A DNA stretch of 44,501 nucleotides from a virus (lineage: Duplodnaviria > Caudoviricetes). Position numbers and translations under genes: made by a program. Positions 36,815 through 44,501 of this stretch are shown piece after piece; positions within the stretch are counted from its first letter, which is position 1, and every line of letters begins with the position of its first letter. The notes under the pieces are model-generated. The model saw nothing but the letters and a program-made list of their open reading frames with translations. It ran no database searches and was not told the DNA's origin. The stretch covers positions 1 through 44,501 of IMG/VR virus record IMGVR_UViG_3300020044_005741; one strand, given 5' to 3'.

Positions 36815-38072
36815 AAGCGGTAAAATAACGAGAGAGGATATAATCGCAAAGGACGCGTTCACATCTGCCGTTGAGGAAGCAAAAGAATTGTTAAAGGTTG
36901 TTACCGACATTCAAAACGCGTTAAAGACAAAGGCTAAGCAATCAACAGACGGCTTCGCTATTGCATCACCTCAAACACTTGATGATGTTGCTAAACTAAC
37001 CAAACAGATTGAAGACTTAAAGAAGCAAATAATAGCATTAGAGGCGGTAACGGAAAAACAAAAGAAAGCGACAAAGGACTTGACAGCGGCTCAGGCGCAA
37101 GAGAATTTAGCACGTCAAAAGCAACGCCAAGAGATAACCCAACAAGTTAAATTAAATAGCGACCTTACAAGCACATACGAGAAGCAAGTTGTTAGATTAG
37201 CGCAAATAAAAAAGGAGTTAAAGAACATTAGTGCGGAAGGTGGCAAAGCACCTAAGGCTTTGACTGATGAGTTCAAAAAATTAGATACAAGCGTAAGAAA
37301 AGCGGAAGAATCGGTAGGTGAGCATCAAAGAAGCGTTGGTAATTACAAGCAAGCATTAACTGGGTTGAGTGGTCCGCTGGGTAACGCTGCGAATGGTATT
37401 AGTGGAATGGGGCAAGCGTTAAAAGATTTGTTATTAAATCCCGTTGCGCTCGCTATTGCTGCCGTAGCTGCTGCTGTTTATGGCTTGTTTAAAGCGTTCA
37501 CCTCAACAGATAGTGGTGCTACTGAGTGGGCGGTTAAAATGGAGCAAGCATCTGCTGTTTTAGATGTGTTTAGAAAAAAAGCATTGAATGTAATTACCGT
37601 TTTATATGATATATTTAAAGGCGATTACATTGACGCTGCTATCGAAATGAATGAAGCGATTGGAGGAACGGCAGACCAATTAGGAAGAGCAACAGACGGC
37701 GCTCGTAAATATGTTGAAGCATTAGAGGACTTAGAGGATAGAATAAGCAACTACGCGGTTGCATCGGCTAAGGCAAGCCTTCAAATATCAGAGGCAGAAT
37801 TTAACGCAGCGGATAGAGCGTTTTCAATAAAACAAAGGAGAGATTTCTTAATCGAGGCGATTAATTTAAGTAAGGCAGAGGTTAAGGCTCAAAAGGATTT
37901 GGCAGAAGAAAAGTATAAAATAGAAGTTGGTTATTTGGCAGATAAAAGCGGCTTAACTGCAATGCAAATAATGCAATATGTTGATATGAGTGAGGCGCAA
38001 AAAGAGCAAGCCTCCTTTGATGTACAAACAGCGCGAAATAATTATGAAGAAGAATTTAAAGTTCTTATGTAG
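36807..38072 (+). pseudogene. Second tape measure allele, truncated at inversion junction
   Basis: N-terminal ~180 aa homologous to 1596..4037, then divergent; stop codon lies in the inverted sequence. Confidence 0.8.
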
Positions 38073-38164
38073 GCTTCGTTTTCTTTGACCGCAGCAATAA
38101 ATAATTTATCCGCTATTTTAGGCAAATAAATAACTCTTTTGCATATGTCAGCTAAAGCCTTCAT
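38055..38164 (-). pseudogene. 5' fragment of the 35935..36384 homolog
   Basis: MKALADICKRVIYLPK...YIRTLN cut at the junction. Confidence 0.8.
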
Positions 38165-38167
38165 TGT

Positions 38168-38428
38168 TTACTTATCGCTTTTCTTTTTCTTCTTAGGCTT
38201 GATTTGTGCATCTGTGTTTGCTGGCGCTTCTTTTAACGCATCTTCTGCCCACACTATACCTTTCGCTTTGCACTCCGCTTTTAAGGTCGCCCAAATCTTA
38301 TCTAAGCCATCAGTAAGCTGGGGAGTGCCTTTGTACATCGATACAAATTCATCTTTCGTTAAACCAGCAACACCGTAAAGCGCGAAGGTTACACCACCAA
38401 CTTTTAAAAATTCATTTTCTGCTGCCAT
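38168..38428 (-). CDS. Tail-region protein, third allele
   Basis: Near-identical to 35671..35931. Confidence 0.8.
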   Translation of the reverse strand: MAAENEFLKVGGVTFALYGVAGLTKDEFVSMYKGTPQLTDGLDKIWATLKAECKAKGIVWAEDALKEAPANTDAQIKPKKKKKSDK

Positions 38429-38440
38429 TGTTTTAGTTTT

Positions 38441-38467
38441 AAAAAGGGAGAGCCGAAGCCCTCCCCT
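38441..38467 (-). terminator. Terminator after major tail gene (inverted copy)
   Basis: Reverse complement of the TTCG hairpin. Confidence 0.8.
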
Positions 38468-38474
38468 TAGTGTA

Positions 38475-39404
38475 TTATATTGTAATAGTATTCGCTGTTA
38501 CTGCTGCGAAGTTGTAACCGTCTTTAGTGATGGTTAAACGAAGCACATCAGCAACCGTTTGCGATGCAAAGTTAATTTGATACGTTCCATCAGGACTTTC
38601 AGCAATAGATGTAATAGTTACCGAAGCACTATCAGTTACATTGTAAAGAGCCATATCACCAGCAACCAAACCTTCAACTAATACAGGATTCAAGAATGAA
38701 CCGTATTGTGTTTTTAAAGTAGCTTTGAATGATGTTTGACCGATTGCAGAATATGTTGAAGTAACATCTAACAAGCCGTTTAACAAGCTAATATCTGTGC
38801 TCATTTCGTCTGCTTCCAAAGTACGAAGTCTCTCATCTTGTACATCTAAATGCCAATCAAAAGCTAAGTCAATTTTTTGAGTCGTAGCACCTGAGCCAGT
38901 CTTGATTAATTTAGCAGAAATAGATCCGTTGTCGATTCTAATTGGCGCCAAGTAACCATCATTAATCATTTCACCTACTAATTGTTTTGATTTAGTAATA
39001 CCAAACAAGCCCGAAACTTTACATTTCTTATCGTTTATCTTACCAACCATTTGAGGAGAAACAGCACCAGCGTTATTTCCTAAAGTAGTAATCATTGTTT
39101 TAACTGAACGAATACCAACTTGTCTTTCAATTTTAGTTTTGTCATCAAAAGTTTCAAAGTCAGAATCTGCGCGCTCATCTACCATGTTCTTAACGAACGG
39201 CAATGGATACCAGCGTAAAGTTTCATCAGCGTTATTTACCAATGCGGTAAAATAAGCTAAGTTAAATGTATCTGTCAAATCAATTTCATTGATAGTACCA
39301 TCGTTTTTAAAGTATGAAACCTCAATAAATTTCTCCACTACTTCCATAATGGGGGTACAGCCAAACCCTGTATTTGCGACTGTAAGACTGCAACAATTTG
39401 CCAT
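38475..39404 (-). CDS. Putative major tail protein (inverted copy)
   Basis: Only a few residues differ from 34695..35624. Confidence 0.65.
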   Translation of the reverse strand: MANCCSLTVANTGFGCTPIMEVVEKFIEVSYFKNDGTINEIDLTDTFNLAYFTALVNNADETLRWYPLPFVKNMVDERADSDFETFDDKTKIERQVGIRSVKTMITTLGNNAGAVSPQMVGKINDKKCKVSGLFGITKSKQLVGEMINDGYLAPIRIDNGSISAKLIKTGSGATTQKIDLAFDWHLDVQDERLRTLEADEMSTDISLLNGLLDVTSTYSAIGQTSFKATLKTQYGSFLNPVLVEGLVAGDMALYNVTDSASVTITSIAESPDGTYQINFASQTVADVLRLTITKDGYNFAAVTANTITI

Positions 39405-39437
39405 AATTTTTAATTTTAAAAGTTATTATTTATTCAT

Positions 39438-39466
39438 CAAATTTAATTCAATTTATAATTGCCAAT
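39438..39466 (-). promoter_or_regulatory. Putative late promoter (inverted copy)
   Basis: ATTGGCAAT...TAAATTTG with 17-nt spacer. Confidence 0.6.
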
Positions 39467-39474
39467 TTTTTTTG

Positions 39475-40173
39475 TTAGCAATACCCACCGCAATCGGTCG
39501 GCTTTCTTAATTCAAGCGAAATTCTCAACTCAACACCACTCAATTTATCCTCAAACAATGTCGATTCAAAGCCTTTGTTATTCACGTACACTCCGAAGCG
39601 AGAAAGGTTAGTTAATTCGTATTCTCTTATCTGCTGAACTCTCACTTGTTTGTTTAATGTATCAATAAAGTGTTGTACCAATCTTTGCATAGGCTTGATG
39701 CTATTCGTGTAAAAGTCATCAACTTCCCACGCTTCAAAGTTAGCGTGAGTAAGAAAAAACAAACGCAAATCACTCACGCGCTCGAACTCATCAACATCTT
39801 CATTGAACCGTTCACTAAATATTTCAAGCAAATAAACCAGCGGTGTTTTCTGTGTATCGAACTGGCGCTTAGTTAAAGTGATGTTTGTTTCTTTAACCGT
39901 CCCATGAAAAAAGTAAACCGTTGGCAAAGTAAATGAAGTAACAACTATTGCAGCGCTACCACTTAGAGTAATCACACAGCCCGAAATCGAACTTACGGTG
40001 TAATCATTATTCCCTATCGATAGCACTATGCTTGGTTGAATCCATTTAACATCATCAACGGTAATGGTATAAACGCCCGCGCTTGGGTTACTTGTTGCCG
40101 TAATAGTTACGGTCTTATTCACCGCAGTTAGTACGCTATTCAAATAATCTATTATATCTGTTTTGTACATCAT
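39475..40173 (-). CDS. Putative neck/tail-completion protein (inverted copy)
   Basis: Homolog of 33923..34621. Confidence 0.6.
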   Translation of the reverse strand: MMYKTDIIDYLNSVLTAVNKTVTITATSNPSAGVYTITVDDVKWIQPSIVLSIGNNDYTVSSISGCVITLSGSAAIVVTSFTLPTVYFFHGTVKETNITLTKRQFDTQKTPLVYLLEIFSERFNEDVDEFERVSDLRLFFLTHANFEAWEVDDFYTNSIKPMQRLVQHFIDTLNKQVRVQQIREYELTNLSRFGVYVNNKGFESTLFEDKLSGVELRISLELRKPTDCGGYC

Positions 40174-40733
40174 AATATCGCGCTGTATTTAGGTTGTAAT
40201 TGCAAGCCATCGTACTCAGGATATGTTGCCGCGTTTACGTGAATATAGTATTGAACCGCCTCCCAATCGGATATGATTCCATTGTGTCTAATCTCGCCCA
40301 TACGCGCTGCATTCTCTCCCGTCATTACTATACCTACATCGGCTAAAGACTTAGCAACACCGCTTTGAGAATGATGCGCTTGAGTGCCTTGCACGTATAA
40401 GCAATAAATAATACCTTTCAATATTTCTTTCATTCCTCTACTCTCGAATATTCTGCCCTCTGTGTAATACTCTTGCAATAGACTAACACCGTTATTTAAG
40501 CCACTTACTTGAATTGCCAATGGATTAAAAACATTAACGTATCTTGCACCAACTGGCACGTTATTTACTACCGTTGCAATGAATAGGTCGCCAAGCGTTA
40601 AGCCTAACAATTTGCGGATATATGTTTTTTCAAACTCATCAATATAGGCTTGTAATATTGGAGTCGTGTATGTTGTTTGAGCGATGTAATAAAGCCCAGT
40701 GAAGTCTGTTGTTTTAACTAATATTGATGCCAT
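40170..40733 (-). CDS. Putative head-tail connector (inverted copy)
   Basis: Homolog of 33363..33926. Confidence 0.65.
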   Translation of the reverse strand: MASILVKTTDFTGLYYIAQTTYTTPILQAYIDEFEKTYIRKLLGLTLGDLFIATVVNNVPVGARYVNVFNPLAIQVSGLNNGVSLLQEYYTEGRIFESRGMKEILKGIIYCLYVQGTQAHHSQSGVAKSLADVGIVMTGENAARMGEIRHNGIISDWEAVQYYIHVNAATYPEYDGLQLQPKYSAIL

Positions 40734-40812
40734 AATTATAAATTTATCTTTAAAAAAAAGGTGGGTTTTTTACCGCCCACCTCCAAACAAAACAAACAAA
40801 CAAAAGTGTTTT

Positions 40813-40992
40813 TTAGATTATTTCGGCAATACCTTTCGCTACTAATAACGAAGCAATATCGCCGCTTTCTTTATACACCTCACCTTTTTTAAGGTGTTGA
40901 GTATCTTTGATTATTTTAATTGACACGTCGCCAACAATAGCAGCAACTTCTGCAACTTCGATAACCTCTACTTCTTTTACTTTCTTAGCCAT
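40813..40992 (-). CDS. Small capsid-adjacent protein (59 aa, inverted copy)
   Basis: Homolog of 33116..33292. Confidence 0.75.
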   Translation of the reverse strand: MAKKVKEVEVIEVAEVAAIVGDVSIKIIKDTQHLKKGEVYKESGDIASLLVAKGIAEII

Positions 40993-41046
40993 TTTTTATA
41001 GTTTTAAAATTAAAGGGTGAGGTGTTTTAATTCCTCACCCTATTAA

Positions 41047-42279
41047 CTATGCGTTTAACGCTGTTTTCGCAGTTGCGAATGAACCAGTAACCAAAGATAG
41101 AACTCTGTTAGACGGCACGTAGCAAACCAATCTCATTTCAGCTAAGATAGTGATTAAGTTTTTAGTGAAATCATCATTCTCATGACCCATTGAGATAGTA
41201 GCATCTTGTCTCATTCTCACGTTAACTTGAGAGAAATCACCAAGTAAGAAAGTACCAGCTGTGATACCAGTGTTTTTAATAACTGGAATACCAGCGAAAG
41301 TAGTAACACCGTTGTTTACTACGAATAATGAAGGTGCAACATAACCGTTATCAGTTGCTTTAGTCAACTCCATGAATGTAGCATCTGTCGGGTGTAACAC
41401 GATTGCAGAAGGTAAGTAGTTAGCAGCCTCAACTTGGTTGATTGCAGTACGCAATACATCGAAGTTATTAGCAGCAGTACCAAACGTACCGGCAAAAGAA
41501 CCAGCAGCATAAGTAGTTGATTGAGTAATGATACCATTCAAGTTCGGAGTAGTACCGTTACCACTTAATACACCGCTATCAGCTTTCAATGCAATAAGTT
41601 CAATTAAGTTGTTTCTGATTTCTGCTTCCATGAAAGCAACATCATCTAACATTTCCATTGATACTTTAGTGTAAGCCGTTACTTTTTCTACTTTCGCAGA
41701 TTTTTCGTTTACGTCGAAATCTTCTTGAGTCTTAGCAGCACCTTCCGCAGTCATGCCAGCAGTACCAGGATCATTGTTAGCCATCTCAGCCCATTGAACA
41801 TACATTTTATCGGTTCTTCCGAAGTTAGTAAGGTCAATGATGAAAGGTCTTCTTCTCTTAGTTGTTACCAAGCCAGTTGAAAAAGAAGCTAATTGATAAG
41901 GAATTGAGTTAGTACCAACAGCATCGATGTTAGCAGTGGTCATAGTACCAGCAGCTTTAACATTCATCTGAGCGCTAAAACCTTTTTTCTTCATGTTAGC
42001 ACCGTTTTCTTTAACGATTGCTCTGTAACCGTCTACGAATAAGTCAGCAAGTGATTTGTAAGATTCTGTTTTCTCTACGGCTGCTTCATTAGCTGCTTTC
42101 AATTTAACAATCTCACCGTTCACTTCGCTTTTTAATTCTTCTTTAGCTGCTTTAACTGCCTCTAATTCGGCTTTTAAACTTGCTACTTCGTTTAATGATT
42201 CGGCTTTCACCGCGTCAAGTTTTTTACCAACTTCAATGTTGATTGCGTCAACTAACGCTTTTTGGTCTTGTTCTTCCAT
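41047..42279 (-). CDS. Major capsid protein (inverted copy)
   Basis: Homolog of 31835..33067. Confidence 0.95.
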   Translation of the reverse strand: MEEQDQKALVDAINIEVGKKLDAVKAESLNEVASLKAELEAVKAAKEELKSEVNGEIVKLKAANEAAVEKTESYKSLADLFVDGYRAIVKENGANMKKKGFSAQMNVKAAGTMTTANIDAVGTNSIPYQLASFSTGLVTTKRRRPFIIDLTNFGRTDKMYVQWAEMANNDPGTAGMTAEGAAKTQEDFDVNEKSAKVEKVTAYTKVSMEMLDDVAFMEAEIRNNLIELIALKADSGVLSGNGTTPNLNGIITQSTTYAAGSFAGTFGTAANNFDVLRTAINQVEAANYLPSAIVLHPTDATFMELTKATDNGYVAPSLFVVNNGVTTFAGIPVIKNTGITAGTFLLGDFSQVNVRMRQDATISMGHENDDFTKNLITILAEMRLVCYVPSNRVLSLVTGSFATAKTALNA

Positions 42280-42282
42280 TTT

Positions 42283-43152
42283 TTAGAAATTTAGATTTTT
42301 AATAATTTGATTTACGTCGAATTTTGGTTTTATCGGTTCGCTTGATTTTGCTTCGCTCGGCACTTTTGCAAGTGTGGGCTTATCAAAGGTTTCAGCTACT
42401 TCAATCTCTTTTAATATTTGCTTGAATTGTTTAATTTGTAGTTCAAACGTGCTTAACATTTCATCGCTTTGCATTCCGTTCTTCACCGTATATTCAAGCT
42501 GATTTAATTTACTTACAAGTGCTAAGGTCATTGATTCTTTACTTCCGCTCTTAACTCCCAAAAATGGTGTTAATGAATTTGCACCAAAGGCAACCGTCGA
42601 GCCCTCGAATAAATTTATTTCTTTAACTAAATAAAGATACCCGTACTTCTCTGCTTCCTCAGGATTGACTAATTTGCTCACTACTTCATTCCATGCAACG
42701 GGATTCTTCTCCGATTCAATTAATGAAAGCTGGTTGTACTTGAAACCTATTGAATGGTTGTCATAGATACCTTCTTTGTAGTTAATCAAAGTATCATTAC
42801 CCAAAGTAGTGTTAGCTATCTTAGATTCAAAGTATATGCCCGTAATACCGTTCTTAGTCGTTTCCTCAAGCACTTGCAACTTACCTACTAATGTTGTGAG
42901 GTCGTGGTTCAATGCGTGCTTAATCTTAGCCACCGCGTTGCTGTTAACTCCACGCTCTTCGATTGACTTCTTAGCAGCGCCCATTATTAACACGTCCTTA
43001 TCTGAATCAAAGAAGTTGTAAGAATTAAAGAAGCCCGTTACTATTCTTGATGAGGTGCTAACATCAATTATATTAGCATCCGCATACTTAACAGAATAGT
43101 GAGCCGCTTTTTTTTCGGCTTCACTAATTATATTTTGTTTTATTGCGTTCAT
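42283..43152 (-). CDS. Prohead protease (inverted copy)
   Basis: Homolog of 30966..31832. Confidence 0.9.
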   Translation of the reverse strand: MNAIKQNIISEAEKKAAHYSVKYADANIIDVSTSSRIVTGFFNSYNFFDSDKDVLIMGAAKKSIEERGVNSNAVAKIKHALNHDLTTLVGKLQVLEETTKNGITGIYFESKIANTTLGNDTLINYKEGIYDNHSIGFKYNQLSLIESEKNPVAWNEVVSKLVNPEEAEKYGYLYLVKEINLFEGSTVAFGANSLTPFLGVKSGSKESMTLALVSKLNQLEYTVKNGMQSDEMLSTFELQIKQFKQILKEIEVAETFDKPTLAKVPSEAKSSEPIKPKFDVNQIIKNLNF

Positions 43153-43169
43153 GCAGTATTTTATTTAGT

Positions 43170-43198
43170 CAAAAATAAGTACTTTATTAATTGCCAAA
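43170..43198 (-). promoter_or_regulatory. Putative late promoter (inverted copy)
   Basis: TTTGGCAAT...TATTTTTG with 17-nt spacer. Confidence 0.65.
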
Positions 43199-43206
43199 TT
43201 TTTATT

Positions 43207-44469
43207 TTAATTGATATACTTTTTAGCGTCTTCAACATCGCACTCCATAACACCGCTTAGAATGTTTATTGCCACATCGCGACTTATCTCTCCTCTACCT
43301 ACTGCGCCATTCAATAAAATGATTGTATTAATGTTGATGCTGTTTTTTTCTGCTTCTGTTTTTTCGGATTGTTCTTCCTTTTGTTTGTCCTCTTGCAACA
43401 CTGGCAAATAAGAATAGTCAGCATATAAGTAAAGCCCTTGTTTTTCCAAACCGAACGCATTGTTTAAGATGCTCATAAGGTCATCGGCTTGAGGTTGTAT
43501 TGTATTTTGGTAAGTTGATTTAACCCCGTTGTTTTTATTCTCGAATGTTGCGCCCTTCGTGCTTGGGAAAATATCTCTATCAGCACCATAAGCAGCGCAT
43601 ATAGTTTGAAAGTCGCTCTCTATGCACTCCAATAGCATCAGGTCTTTAATCGGAAAAGTCATCGGCTGCCACTTCAAAGAACTATTGGTGATTATTTTAC
43701 GTTTCTGCCCGTCGAAAATGCCATAACTTCTGCCCATTTCACGTTCTATTCTATCGCGTTCCTCTTTGCCTAAAGGTATGGCGCCTCCATCGGCTTGGCT
43801 TTCATTGCTTAATATACCTTCTGCACCACGTTCAACTATTAACACGTTCTCACTTTTTAATGCACCTATTATATTTGATAAAGGCAACTGCAATGAATCA
43901 ATCTTGCTTTGTGATGTTATAAGGTTGCCACCCACTCCCTCATTCTTATATATCATATCGGAAGGCTGCACATTAAAGTAAGTGCCTTGATCATATACCT
44001 TATAAGACTTAATAATGCCGTCTACCGTTGTTTGATTATATAACTTACCCGTTGGAATAACCTCAACATCGCTTGGCAGCAAGTTCCACATTAATGAAGG
44101 TAACGCGCTTGGTAGTCCTTTAATCTCGTAAATGAAGGCATTACCAAACACCGACTTAAAAACATAGTATTCAAATAGAAACTCCTCGCGCGTTCGCAAA
44201 GGGTTAGGTCTATTCAATAGGTTTAATACCTCATGCTCTTTAATCTCCTCACCAGTCTTTTTATCGTATAGCTTTATATCCATATTCTTGAACATATCGG
44301 CAAGCTGGTTAATCACCGATTGAAGGTGAGGAATGGTGTTGTAAATTCGTAGCTTATTTTCCGTATCAATAAGAATGGGATTCTTACGGTCGTATATTGA
44401 GGTCGAGTACATACCGTTGAAGGTGCTAAGCCCGAACATGCGAGCCACTAAATTAGATACATAACTCAT
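43207..44469 (-). CDS. Portal protein (inverted copy)
   Basis: Homolog of 29656..30918. Confidence 0.92.
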   Translation of the reverse strand: MSYVSNLVARMFGLSTFNGMYSTSIYDRKNPILIDTENKLRIYNTIPHLQSVINQLADMFKNMDIKLYDKKTGEEIKEHEVLNLLNRPNPLRTREEFLFEYYVFKSVFGNAFIYEIKGLPSALPSLMWNLLPSDVEVIPTGKLYNQTTVDGIIKSYKVYDQGTYFNVQPSDMIYKNEGVGGNLITSQSKIDSLQLPLSNIIGALKSENVLIVERGAEGILSNESQADGGAIPLGKEERDRIEREMGRSYGIFDGQKRKIITNSSLKWQPMTFPIKDLMLLECIESDFQTICAAYGADRDIFPSTKGATFENKNNGVKSTYQNTIQPQADDLMSILNNAFGLEKQGLYLYADYSYLPVLQEDKQKEEQSEKTEAEKNSININTIILLNGAVGRGEISRDVAINILSGVMECDVEDAKKYIN

Positions 44470-44501
44470 TTGAATAATTTTTTTTAAAATTAAGTATTAA
44501 A

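Larger units (their letters stand above)
38055..44501 (-). repeat. Inverted divergent copy of the portal-to-tail block (~29625..36044)
   Basis: Same genes in the same order on the minus strand; junction at TTTAAAGTTCTTATGTAGGCTTC. Confidence 0.95.

Noticed and set aside
36045-38054. Invertible segment between long inverted repeats
   Set aside because: No invertase, repeats are divergent, and the junction breaks genes; a chimera is more parsimonious.
1-44501. CRISPR arrays, tRNA or rRNA genes
   Set aside because: No regularly spaced repeats or cloverleaf motifs noticed by eye; tRNAscan was not run.

Overview
AT-rich tailed dsDNA phage sequence with HK97-type head genes. Promoter motifs point to a Bacteroidetes/Flavobacteriia-type host. 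About one genome length (35,218 bp) runs from position 1 to ~35,218, where the first 121 nt recur almost exactly. Gene order: tail and tape measure, tail fibre, lysis (holins, M15 endolysin), a leftward accessory block, divergent promoters, RecT-like and YqaJ-like recombination genes, replication initiator with iterons, C5 methyltransferase, RadC, nin-like genes, a ParB + DpdA/TGT-like + QueC/QueD/QueE + PRTase-FolE 7-deazaguanine cluster, terminase, portal, protease, capsid, neck and tail. After ~35,340 a divergent second allele set of tail genes follows. It is cut at ~38,055 by an inverted, divergent copy of the portal-to-tail block, most likely a chimera of related co-occurring phages. The most notable feature is a 656-bp integron-like gene cassette. 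It has a split attC-like hairpin, a CGA crossover at a GAT target and a methyltransferase cargo, and sits precisely inside a ninB-like gene with no integrase in the window. Also notable: a second IR-flanked cargo gene, non-canonical deazaguanine enzymes, a kissing-loop RNA leader of the replication gene, and a conserved putative late-promoter class. All calls come from manual motif reading; no database searches were run.
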